Assembly (NCBI GenBank): GCA_020635175.1
Contig: JACKAH010000003.1
Span: 67,190 to 131,189 of the forward strand
Reading direction: 5' to 3'
DNA length: 64,000 nucleotides
From: Deltaproteobacteria bacterium
GTDB lineage: Bacteria > Bdellovibrionota_C > UBA2361 > J135
This document shows positions 55,914-64,000 of the stretch, piece by piece. Both the position numbers and the translations under genes were made by a program. Within the stretch, counting starts at the first letter, position 1; every line of letters begins with the position of its first letter. The notes beneath the pieces were generated by a model. That model saw nothing but the letters and a program-made list of their open reading frames with translations, was not told where the DNA came from and ran no database searches.

Positions 55914-58900
55914 ATGCGTGTTACACGATTAGAAATTTTTGGTTTTAAATCATTCATGGACAGACTAGTTCTGCCATTAAACGCTGGTATAACCGGGGTA
56001 GTCGGCCCTAATGGTTGCGGAAAATCAAACATCGTCGATGCCGTACGTTGGGTCTTGGGTGAGAGCCACGCTAAGAATTTAAGAGGGGCTGTTTCTGAGG
56101 ACGTTATCTTTAATGGTACCGAGGAGCTTAGGCCTCTCGGCTTAGCTGAGGTTAGTATTACTTTGGCTGCTCAGGATAAAGAGTTTTTTGATGACATCGT
56201 TGCTCCTGGATTAGAAGTTGAAAACATAATCGATTCAATTGATCTTGAGGATGAGCCAGAGGAGCAGGAGCTAGAGCAGGAAGAGGGGAATTCAGAGCCT
56301 AAGCGACTCTCAGTTGTTCCAGATCGAGAGCAGGAGGAGGGGGAAGAGGAAGCGGAGAAGACGGTCCTTGAAAAGAAACCAAATCTTGAAGTTTTAGATG
56401 GTGGAGCTTCTTCAAGTTCACTTGCTGATAAGTTTTCTTGGCTTAAGTCAGCCAGCGAAGTTCAGGTAACAAGACGTTTATATAGAAGTGGTGAGTCTGA
56501 GTACTTTATCAATCGAGTTCCTTGTCGCAGAAAAGATATCGTTGAGCTTTTCAGAGCAGTTGGTATGGGTGCACGTACCTATAACATCGTTGCTCAGGGT
56601 GAGATTTCAAGAATTATTACCGCAAAGCCTGACGAGAAAAGACATATCTTAGAAGAAGCTGCCGGAGTGCTTGGCTTTAGAGATAAAATCGCTTCAGCTA
56701 ACAGACGCTTAAAGGAAACAGAAGTTAATATATCTCGTATCGACGATATTATTAAAGAAGTAAGTCGCCAGGTGAGTTCGCTTAAGAGACAAGCATCTAA
56801 AGCTCGTAATCGAGAGTCTTTAGTTGAGCGAATTAGAGAGATAGAGTCAGCGCTCTTTGCTGATAGATATATTAGGCATTCCGCTGCGTTTAACGAAGTA
56901 AAAGTCTTACTTGATAAATATCAACGTGAAGAGCAGGAGCGAGAAGTTTCCTTGCAAAAACTTCAGGCCGAAGAACATCAACTACGTAGTCAGTTAATGA
57001 CAATCGATGTAGAAAGTGATTCTTTACGTTCTAAAATGGATTCAATCCGTGAGGATCTAAACAATAGAGAGCGTGCTCGACATGCACAGCGTGCAAGATT
57101 ACTAGAGTTGAAAGCTTTAGAAGCTGCTTCTGAAACTGAAACTAGAAAGCTTGAGGAGCGTCAACGCACTTTACATGAACGCCAAGAGCAGTGCAGTGAG
57201 AGTATTGTTACTTTGGAGAAATCAGAGGCTGAACTAACTGCCGAGATTATGCAGTTAGAGACCTATTCTGGTGAGGATCTGAAGCAAGCTGCTACGAAGC
57301 TTGATGCTTGTCGTGCAGAGTTGCGACAAAAAGAGCACGAGATTCGAACTGAGCGTGAAAAGTTAGTTGCTGTAGAGAGTAAGGCAGCATCGCTAGAGGA
57401 GCAGATTGAAAGCTCTTCTCCTGCGACGCGATTAAAAGAGACCCTTGGAACTGAAGGACAGGAGTTCGTTGAAAAATCAATTGGACTTCTTGTTGATGGT
57501 TTGCAGGTACCTGAAGCTTACACCACAGCGGTGCAGGCAATCTTGGCTGAGCATGCCGGATTTTTGGTGGCAGAAGATGCTGAAGAACTTGCGAAAGCTT
57601 TTATCAATAAAGTCTTTGATCAAGGCACTAAGGGTAATGTTAGCCCTGCGCTTGGAGTTTTTCAGGCTGGAAATATCCAATCCCCAATTGTGCACAAGTA
57701 TGCTGAGTTTTGTACTAGCTCTGTGAAGCCTATCCTAGAAGTTATTGAAGTCGATCTTCGTTATTCTTACGTTGCAACTCAATTGCTTAGCGAAGTTTAT
57801 GTCGCAAACAATTTAGATGCCGCTTATGAGTTTGTTAATAAACTTCCGAACAGTGCTGATGCTGTAGTTGTAACGTTAGAGGGGGATATCGTATCTCCTC
57901 ATAGCTTCTTTAGCTTCAGATATGAAGGTGGTTTAGTTAAGCTTAAAAATCGCTCATTAGAGTGCCAGCAGATAATTGCGGATCTAACTAAGACCTTAGA
58001 GAAGCTTTCAGAAGAGAAGAAAGTTTTACAGCAGAGCGTGACTGAAGCAGAGTCAAAACACCAAGAAGCGCTTCGTGAAAGTCAGCAGCGAGCTTCACAA
58101 GTTAAAGATTTAAGTCAAAGACAGGGAAGTGCTCGTGGTCGACTTGATTCAGAGAAGAGAGTCTTAGGACAGATTAAGCAAGATTCTCAGAGAACAGCTT
58201 TTCAGCTTAGAGAAGTTGCTAATAAGATTTCTAAGTTACAGGACGAGCAGAGGACACTCCAAGCAGAGATCTCAGACGAGATTACTGATGAGGAGAAACA
58301 GTTGCAGAAAGAGCTCGATCAATTTTCATCTAAACTCTCTGAGGTTGAGAGGCGTAGAAAATCTGGTCGTGAAGAGCTGTCTGAGTCCAGTCGAATTGTT
58401 GAAAAATCTCGTTCTGAACTAGATAAGGCTAGAACTGAAACCTCGCGTGCAACATTGAAGCTTCAAAAAGAGGAGCTTGAGATTCAGCACGTCAAAGAGA
58501 TGGTTATCAACGAGCTTAGTGCTGATGCATTTGAGTCAATTCAGAAACTATCTGATGAGGAGCGTGAGAATATACTTTTGTCTGATGAGCAGAGAAAAGA
58601 GCATCAAGATGAAGTTCAGCGCATTAAGACCAGAATTATGAGAGAAGGAGAGGTGGATCCAACTTCAATCGAAAGATGTGAAGAGGAGACACAACGCCTA
58701 GAAGAGCTTGAAACTCAGAAGAAGGATTTAGAGGAGGCTCATCGCACGTTAAGAAAGACAATCGATAAGTTGTCACAGATCTCAGAGCAGAGATTCTTGC
58801 AGACCTTTGAGGCTGTAAATACGAATTTTTCGCAGTTAGTTCCTAAGCTTTTTGGGGGTGGAAAAGCCCATCTTGAGTTGCTGGATCCTGAAAATCCACT

Positions 58901-59264
58901 TGAGTCAGGGGTAGAGATCATCGCACGCCCTCCAGGTAAAAAGTTAAAGAGTATTGAGCTATTATCAGGTGGAGAGAAAACACTCTGCGCTATAGCATTG
59001 ATAATAGGTATGTTTTTAGAACGTCCTAGCCCGGTCTGCGTACTGGATGAGGTCGATGCACCACTAGATGAGGCCAACGTTGGAAGATTCCTCAATTTAG
59101 TAAAAGAAATGAGCACCACCACACAATTTATTGTAATAACACACAATAAGACAACAATGTCGGTTTCTGACCGTCTTGTTGGTGTGACAATGGAGCAGCC
59201 AGGTGCGTCGACAATAGTCACGGTATCGTTAGAAGAAGCTTATAGTCACGCAGTAAACGACTAG
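55914..59264 (+). CDS. smc: Chromosome segregation protein SMC
   Basis: MRVTRLEIFGFKSF, GPNGCGKSN Walker A, LSGGEKTLCAIAL signature, VLDEVDAPLD Walker B, long coiled coils. Confidence 0.95.
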   Translation: MRVTRLEIFGFKSFMDRLVLPLNAGITGVVGPNGCGKSNIVDAVRWVLGESHAKNLRGAVSEDVIFNGTEELRPLGLAEVSITLAAQDKEFFDDIVAPGLEVENIIDSIDLEDEPEEQELEQEEGNSEPKRLSVVPDREQEEGEEEAEKTVLEKKPNLEVLDGGASSSSLADKFSWLKSASEVQVTRRLYRSGESEYFINRVPCRRKDIVELFRAVGMGARTYNIVAQGEISRIITAKPDEKRHILEEAAGVLGFRDKIASANRRLKETEVNISRIDDIIKEVSRQVSSLKRQASKARNRESLVERIREIESALFADRYIRHSAAFNEVKVLLDKYQREEQEREVSLQKLQAEEHQLRSQLMTIDVESDSLRSKMDSIREDLNNRERARHAQRARLLELKALEAASETETRKLEERQRTLHERQEQCSESIVTLEKSEAELTAEIMQLETYSGEDLKQAATKLDACRAELRQKEHEIRTEREKLVAVESKAASLEEQIESSSPATRLKETLGTEGQEFVEKSIGLLVDGLQVPEAYTTAVQAILAEHAGFLVAEDAEELAKAFINKVFDQGTKGNVSPALGVFQAGNIQSPIVHKYAEFCTSSVKPILEVIEVDLRYSYVATQLLSEVYVANNLDAAYEFVNKLPNSADAVVVTLEGDIVSPHSFFSFRYEGGLVKLKNRSLECQQIIADLTKTLEKLSEEKKVLQQSVTEAESKHQEALRESQQRASQVKDLSQRQGSARGRLDSEKRVLGQIKQDSQRTAFQLREVANKISKLQDEQRTLQAEISDEITDEEKQLQKELDQFSSKLSEVERRRKSGREELSESSRIVEKSRSELDKARTETSRATLKLQKEELEIQHVKEMVINELSADAFESIQKLSDEERENILLSDEQRKEHQDEVQRIKTRIMREGEVDPTSIERCEEETQRLEELETQKKDLEEAHRTLRKTIDKLSQISEQRFLQTFEAVNTNFSQLVPKLFGGGKAHLELLDPENPLESGVEIIARPPGKKLKSIELLSGGEKTLCAIALIIGMFLERPSPVCVLDEVDAPLDEANVGRFLNLVKEMSTTTQFIVITHNKTTMSVSDRLVGVTMEQPGASTIVTVSLEEAYSHAVND

Positions 59265-59316
59265 TAGATTTTTCAGTCGAACGTTTGTGTTGGTTATGAC
59301 TTGCCAGGAGGTATTA

Positions 59317-59826
59317 ATGAGTTTTAGCACGTTTTATAATGAAGTTATCGCAAGTGTTTCGCAAAAGCTGCCACTAGATAAGCTTTCACTTTCAAAAATT
59401 ACCGCTCTTGATCTTACACAGTTAAATATTACACCTTTAGATTTTACATTCTTTGTCGCGATCTTTGGGCTTTTAGTTGCTCTATTAGCTTTGTTTAGAA
59501 GTGGCAATCAGTCTGTTTTTAATAGAGTTCATCAGCGGGGTTTACAGAACCGCATTGATAAAGTAGAGCTTGGTCTTGCAGATATTAAGACTACATATAC
59601 TAATGCCCTTAAGACATTAGAGATGGATGTTCGCAATATTCAGCATGATGTGCGAGAATTGCACAAGGCGATGGAGCTTATCTTATCAGGTAGAGAGAAC
59701 TCGTTACCAAAAGCTAAGCTTGAAACGCGTAGACCAACATTAGATAACATTAGAGTTCGACACGGAGAAGGATTTGGTATTGGGCTTTCTGAAACGCAAG
59801 AAAGACTCGTCGAAGGAGCAGACTAG
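59317..59826 (+). CDS. Hypothetical single-pass membrane protein with a coiled-coil segment
   Basis: ATG 59317 has AGGAGG 7 nt upstream; TM FFVAIFGLLVALLALF. The 3' end overlaps ftsY by 53 nt. Confidence 0.5.
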   Translation: MSFSTFYNEVIASVSQKLPLDKLSLSKITALDLTQLNITPLDFTFFVAIFGLLVALLALFRSGNQSVFNRVHQRGLQNRIDKVELGLADIKTTYTNALKTLEMDVRNIQHDVRELHKAMELILSGRENSLPKAKLETRRPTLDNIRVRHGEGFGIGLSETQERLVEGAD

Positions 59827-60874
59827 TACTGCTGATACTAGAGATCTATCTCAACCATCTGAAGTTAAAACCGAAGAGAAACCAAAAGAGCTAAGTCAGG
59901 GACTTCAAAAGTCTCGTGGTGGTTTTCTAAGAAAAATTACAGATATCTTTAAAGCTAAACCAAAGCTTGATGCCGAAATGCTCGAAGAGCTTGAAGCTCT
60001 TCTTATCCAAAGCGACGTCGGAGTTAAAGTGGTACAGCGGTTTGTGGCTGAAGTTAAAGATAGCCTCAGACGAGGTGATGAAGTTGATTACGATGACTTT
60101 ATCGAGCGACTCAAAGCGCAAATTTCTCCTATCTTTGAAAATGAAGATTTCGCTGATTTAGAGATTACAAAAAGAGATGATGGTCCAACAGTTATAATGG
60201 TAGTTGGTGTGAATGGCGCTGGCAAAACTACAACAATTGGAAAGATTGCCCAGAAATGGAAAGAGCAAGGTAAGAGCTTAATGCTCTGCGCAGGAGATAC
60301 CTTTCGTGCTGCAGCGGTTGAACAACTTCAGATGTGGGGAGAGCGCACAGGCGTTCCAGTTGTAAGTGGTGCTGAAAATGCAAAGCCTGCAACTGTTGTC
60401 TACGATGCTATGCAACGAGCATTAAATGATGGTGTCGACTGCTTGATCATCGATACAGCAGGTAGATTACATACTAAAACAAATTTAATGGCTGAGCTTG
60501 AAGGTGTGCGTAACGCAATAACCCGTCACCAATCTTCTGCTCCTCATGAAGTAATACTAGTAGTTGATGGTACAACAGGGCAGAATGCCTTGCTTCAGGC
60601 ACAGCAATTTGATCAAGCTGTAAACTTAACAGGTCTAGTTGTTACTAAGCTTGATGGTACCGCTAAAGGTGGAATTGTTATCTCGATTGCAGAGCAATTA
60701 AAGGTTCCAGTTCGGTTCATTGGCGTGGGTGAGGGAGTGCAAGATCTTAGAGATTTTAACGCTAGGGAATACCTAGATGCGCTTTTTAATACAAACGATA
60801 TTTATACTCTAAACAAAGACTCTGAGGACTCAGCCAATGCTCAGATTCGCAAGCGTAAGCGTAGAGCTGTCTGA
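59774..60874 (+). CDS. ftsY: Signal recognition particle receptor FtsY
   Basis: GVNGAGKTTTIGK, DTAGR and TKLDGTAKGG SRP-GTPase motifs; TTG start, N-terminus LGFLKRKK. Confidence 0.94.
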   Translation: MVLGFLKRKKDSSKEQTSTADTRDLSQPSEVKTEEKPKELSQGLQKSRGGFLRKITDIFKAKPKLDAEMLEELEALLIQSDVGVKVVQRFVAEVKDSLRRGDEVDYDDFIERLKAQISPIFENEDFADLEITKRDDGPTVIMVVGVNGAGKTTTIGKIAQKWKEQGKSLMLCAGDTFRAAAVEQLQMWGERTGVPVVSGAENAKPATVVYDAMQRALNDGVDCLIIDTAGRLHTKTNLMAELEGVRNAITRHQSSAPHEVILVVDGTTGQNALLQAQQFDQAVNLTGLVVTKLDGTAKGGIVISIAEQLKVPVRFIGVGEGVQDLRDFNAREYLDALFNTNDIYTLNKDSEDSANAQIRKRKRRAV

Positions 60875-60916
60875 AAGCTGCTTGAACTAAGTAGGTGAGC
60901 AGTCTATCCTTTGATT

Positions 60917-61879
60917 ATGAAAGTTCCAAGCTTCCTAAACGATGCTCAGGTAGAAATTCCAATTATTTGTGGAGCGATGTACCCGTGCAGTAATCCCGAG
61001 CTTGTAGCAGCAGCCTCTGAAGCAGGGGGACTTGGAATCGTTCAACCACTATCACTAACATATGTGCATGGGCATGATCTCAGAGATGGTTTGCGTCGGA
61101 TCCGTGAATTAACAGATAAGCCGATAGGTTTTAATGTCATAGTCGAGAAATCAGTTCGCATCTACGAAAAACGTATGCAGGAGTGGGTTGATATTGCATT
61201 AGAGGAAGGCGTTAGATTTTTTATTACTGCTCTTGGTGATCCAAAATGGGTTGTTGAAAGAGCAGAGCAAAATGGTGGCGTTGTTTACCATGACGTTACT
61301 AATAGAAAGCATGCTGATAAAGCCTTAGCGCGCGGTGTTAAAGGATTACTCTGTGTGAATAACCGTGCAGGAGGGCATGCAGGTGTGCTATCGCCTCAGC
61401 AACTTTATAACGATTTACAGACACTTGATGTTCCCCTTATCTGCGCTGGTGGTATAGGTGATAGAGAAAGCTACCTAGAGGCGTTAAGTCTTGGATATCA
61501 GGCTGTTCAGATGGGCACCCGTTTCATTGCAACAAAAGAATGCACTGCTCATGATTCATACAAGCAAGCAATCATTAATGCAAAAGCTGAAGATATCGTA
61601 CTTACAGATCGTGTAACAGGTGTGCCACTAGCTGTTATTAACACTCCTTATCTCAAGAAAGTTGGTGCTAGAGCAGGTTGGTTTGCACGCTGGTTGCTAA
61701 AAGGACGTAAGACAAAACACCTAATGAGATTAATTTACTCTCTGAAGTCGGTTTTTAAATTAAAGAACGCAAATTTCAAACCACTTTCAACCAAGGATTT
61801 CTGGCAAGCTGGCAAAAGTGTTGCTGGAGTTAAAGAGGTCTTGAGTGTTAAAGAGGTATTTTCTGAGCTTACTTCTTAG
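60917..61879 (+). CDS. Nitronate monooxygenase / FabK-like FMN oxidoreductase family protein
   Basis: NMO-type TIM barrel: PIICGAM, GGIGDRESY, VQMGTRFIATKE. I prefer ATG 60917. Confidence 0.82.
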   Translation: MKVPSFLNDAQVEIPIICGAMYPCSNPELVAAASEAGGLGIVQPLSLTYVHGHDLRDGLRRIRELTDKPIGFNVIVEKSVRIYEKRMQEWVDIALEEGVRFFITALGDPKWVVERAEQNGGVVYHDVTNRKHADKALARGVKGLLCVNNRAGGHAGVLSPQQLYNDLQTLDVPLICAGGIGDRESYLEALSLGYQAVQMGTRFIATKECTAHDSYKQAIINAKAEDIVLTDRVTGVPLAVINTPYLKKVGARAGWFARWLLKGRKTKHLMRLIYSLKSVFKLKNANFKPLSTKDFWQAGKSVAGVKEVLSVKEVFSELTS

Positions 61880-62372
61880 TTCGAACTTTCTTCCAAGGTT
61901 TGATCTGCCAAGTTACCTTGACCTCAGCAATTTTGTTGCAATCTCTATCATGAATCTCAACCATAGGGGTGACTTCAACTGAATCATTTAATTCAAGTGG
62001 TGTGAGTACGTTGTGTTGAATCCATTCACTACTGATAGAAGCAGTAGCAAAGGAGTCCATTTTTGCTTGATAGAGGTAGTCAGCAGAAAGATTCTTCATG
62101 ATGATTCGAAATTTTTTTGCATCAAGGTGTGAAATTAATAAAAGCCCGCAGGAATATTCAGCAGCCGCAGCGAGGATGCAAGCGTGCAGGCCGTTGATAT
62201 GATTTTTATTAGATCGTCTGAACGGAATTTTGACGACTATCTTTTCTTTTTTAACTGTTTCAAGTTTTAGGTAGTGTGGTGCGTTAAAGGGGATGCCAGT
62301 CCAGAGGCAGAGATCAACAACCCAGAGAGGTAATTGATTTTTTAAGGCGGCTTTTAGTAGTTTACTAACCAT
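61869..62372 (-). CDS. Hotdog-fold thioesterase-like protein (DUF4442 / YiiD C-terminal type)
   Basis: HINGLHACILAAAAEYSCG core typical of PaaI/DUF4442 hotdog proteins; 11-nt convergent overlap with the NMO gene. Confidence 0.6.
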   Translation of the reverse strand: MVSKLLKAALKNQLPLWVVDLCLWTGIPFNAPHYLKLETVKKEKIVVKIPFRRSNKNHINGLHACILAAAAEYSCGLLLISHLDAKKFRIIMKNLSADYLYQAKMDSFATASISSEWIQHNVLTPLELNDSVEVTPMVEIHDRDCNKIAEVKVTWQIKPWKKVRTKK

Positions 62373-62712
62373 ACGTCATCCTACTACGATATCTCACAGA
62401 TCCAAATACTCCATATCTAAATCGCAGCAATGTTACTGTAATCGCTGAGGGAGCTTCTAGTGGCGTCCCTAAATTGGTTGCAGAGTTCTTAGCTTAAAGC
62501 TCTCATACTCTAAATTATGCTTTGTCTCTAGAATTCCTAAAACAAAAGTTTAAGAACCACCACCGCTGAGATCGCACCCAATAATCTAACTATCTGGAAA
62601 CTTTTCAGGAAGATCTACGAGAATTTCTCGAGTATAGAATGGTTCGCTATGAAGACTAAATACCCGCCAGAAGCGAGAGAAAATTCATAGTTAACCGAAT
62701 AAAAAGAGTTTT

Positions 62713-62748
62713 AGGTGTATTGTATTGTACACCTAATAGGTGTACAAT
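62713..62748 (+). promoter_or_regulatory. Promoter/operator of the toxin-antitoxin operon
   Basis: aggtgta occurs three times as interlocking inverted repeats (aggtgta-N8-tacacct; ttgtacacct-aat-aggtgtacaa), overlapping TTGTAT-N17-TACAAT. Confidence 0.65.
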
Positions 62749-62765
62749 GTAAGTGTTGCTAGATA

Positions 62766-63044
62766 ATGATCAAAGAAGTTCGGCTTTCAAAGCAAGCGCG
62801 TAAAGCATTGCATAAGGTCCCAAAGTACATTGTTCAAAAGTTGATGCTTTGGGTAGATGATGTTGAAAAGAGAGGAATTGAAAAAGTAAGAGAGATTCCT
62901 GGCTATCATGATGAACCTCTACTGGGTGAACGAAAAGGTCAGCGTGCTATACGGCTCAGTCGCGGGTACAGAGCGATTTATGAAGTTCGAAAGCAAGTAA
63001 TAGAGTTTATTCAAGTAGAAGAGGTGCATAAACATGAGTACTAA
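62766..63044 (+). CDS. RelE/ParE-superfamily (HigB-like) type II toxin
   Basis: 92 aa; GYHDEPLLGERKGQRAIRLSRGYRAIYEV is typical of RelE/HigB-like mRNA interferases; precedes an XRE protein. Confidence 0.8.
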   Translation: MIKEVRLSKQARKALHKVPKYIVQKLMLWVDDVEKRGIEKVREIPGYHDEPLLGERKGQRAIRLSRGYRAIYEVRKQVIEFIQVEEVHKHEY

Positions 63045-63360
63045 AAAGAGGAGAGGTTCAAAAAGTGAATCAATGAGTTTTCTGGAGTCCCTTGCTGGAG
63101 AGGAGTTTTCTTTTGCAGCTCTTTTGAAGTCTATAAGGAAAGGCGAAGGGTTATCTCAAGTTGAGTTTGCAGAGCTACTAGGAATTTCACGCTCTCACCT
63201 TTGCGATATCGAAAAGGGAAGAAAAGCCGTAAGCCCTGCACGAGCAGCTCAGTTTGCGAATGTTCTCGAATACTCACCAGAGCAATTTGTGCGGATAGTA
63301 TTGCAGGAACAGCTTGATAATGCAGGGCTTAAAATCAAGGTAGAGTTAAGGGCAGCCTGA
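63034..63360 (+). CDS. XRE-family HTH antitoxin (HigA-like)
   Basis: LSQVEFAELLGISRSHLCDIEKGRK helix-turn-helix; 11-nt overlap with the toxin gene. Confidence 0.8.
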   Translation: MSTKKRRGSKSESMSFLESLAGEEFSFAALLKSIRKGEGLSQVEFAELLGISRSHLCDIEKGRKAVSPARAAQFANVLEYSPEQFVRIVLQEQLDNAGLKIKVELRAA

Positions 63361-63885
63361 ATTAGACTTCTTTTCTCTTATGATCTCCTCGAGCTCTTTT
63401 TTGATGGATCTTGGGAGATCGTTGTCAGTACTTAAAGGAAACTTTATTTCAGATCTATAGGCTGCTGGTCCGTGTCCTCTGCCCAGGCATATCGTCACTT
63501 TGTATTGCTTTATCTGAAAGTCACTTCCCTCATGTGTATAGCCTATATTTAGATTTTCTAACGCTTCTTTCAAAAGAGCAGCAGCTTCATGCTCTTCGCA
63601 GAAGTAAATTGAGAACTGCCGATCTCCAATAATATTTTGCATTATTCTTGCTGCTAAGAATCCGATCAAAAAAAGAAAGGGCACTAAAAAGTACTGGCTT
63701 GTGATACAAAAGATGCTTGTAAGAGCAAGTATAAATATTACTTGATTGAGCTTTGTTGAATCGGCAGTTTCTTCAATGTACATAGCGCGATTCTTTGTGG
63801 TGTAATTTAGTACTAGGAAGATTGCCCCCATACCAACGGCTAGCATCCCTATTCCATAGGCTATCTCGTTTAGTTCAGCAATCAT
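63346..63885 (-). CDS. Hypothetical membrane protein (about 3 TM) with a soluble C-terminal domain
   Basis: 179-aa ORF; hydrophobic segments in the first 95 aa; 3' end overlaps the antitoxin gene by 15 nt. Confidence 0.5.
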   Translation of the reverse strand: MIAELNEIAYGIGMLAVGMGAIFLVLNYTTKNRAMYIEETADSTKLNQVIFILALTSIFCITSQYFLVPFLFLIGFLAARIMQNIIGDRQFSIYFCEEHEAAALLKEALENLNIGYTHEGSDFQIKQYKVTICLGRGHGPAAYRSEIKFPLSTDNDLPRSIKKELEEIIREKKSNSGCP

Positions 63886-63890
63886 TCTAC

Positions 63891-64000
63891 TTAGGAAGCG
63901 TCTTCGTCTGATTCGTCGTCGTTTTTCTTGTTCTTATCAAGACGCTCTATCTTAAGTGCGTCTCCCACAAGTTTTAAGAGGCTCTTACGACCGTTTACAT
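63891..64000 (-). CDS. 3' end of an unidentified gene running off the window
   Basis: Hand translation of the minus strand gives ...NGRKSLLKLVGDALKIERLDKNKKNDDESDEDAS*; open to the window edge. Confidence 0.35.
   Translation of the reverse strand, partial: VNGRKSLLKLVGDALKIERLDKNKKNDDESDEDAS

Noticed and set aside
59287-59316. Upstream extension (MLVMTCQEVL) of the hypothetical gene between smc and ftsY
   Set aside because: ATG 59317 is preceded by a strong AGGAGG at optimal spacing. The extension would include that Shine-Dalgarno sequence as coding sequence.
62649-62690. 13-codon ORF MKTKYPPEARENS* resembling the N-terminus of IS3-family OrfA transposases
   Set aside because: It is too short to call, with no inverted repeats and no downstream transposase remnant visible. 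It is mentioned only as a weak hint of an old insertion near the TA module.
1-64000. Search by eye for tRNA/rRNA genes, CRISPR arrays, integrases, reverse transcriptases and restriction-modification or other known defence genes
   Set aside because: I found no T-loop/acceptor-type sequences, no regularly spaced direct repeats and no recognisable recombinase or RT motifs in any ORF. Absence is based on visual inspection only and should be confirmed with tRNAscan-SE, Infernal, CRISPR finders and DefenseFinder.

Overview
A 64 kb chromosomal window from a low-GC (about 40% by eye) diderm bacterium; lptE, kdsC and flagellins are present, and I cannot assign the taxon. Most of it is core housekeeping DNA. 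The first ~14.5 kb is the canonical S10-spc-alpha ribosomal protein cluster (rplD to rplQ, with secY, adk, map, rpmJ and rpoA). It runs directly into fabI, a small hypothetical gene, lptE, cmk and rpsA. Further on lie a mutS/amidase/nucleotidyltransferase operon, a SPOR protein, a PP2C phosphatase, purH-purD-kdsC, trxA, a thiolase, nadB, pgsA, a large fused radical SAM gene, smc and ftsY. I found no rRNA, tRNA, CRISPR array, integrase or intact transposase. The non-core parts worth attention are: (1) two deeply diverged tandem methyltransferase-like paralogs with an unrecognised N-terminal domain and a co-conserved 5' leader (19.0-21.2 kb), convergent with an orphan receiver; (2) a sharply bounded ~1.5 kb island at about 70% GC carrying one HMGL/isopropylmalate-synthase-family gene in a ~40% GC background (41.1-42.6 kb); (3) a two-flagellin locus with shared sigma-28-like promoters, GGA-loop hairpins in the leaders, a heavily structured 3' UTR and palindromes; (4) a dispersed hairpin repeat family with compensatory stem changes; (5) a 137-nt imperfect palindrome after a radical-SAM-like gene that lacks the Cys cluster; (6) a RelE/HigB-type toxin plus XRE antitoxin with a palindromic operator; (7) a block of orphan genes at 35.7-37.9 kb. 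All functional calls come from motif recognition by eye, with no database search.
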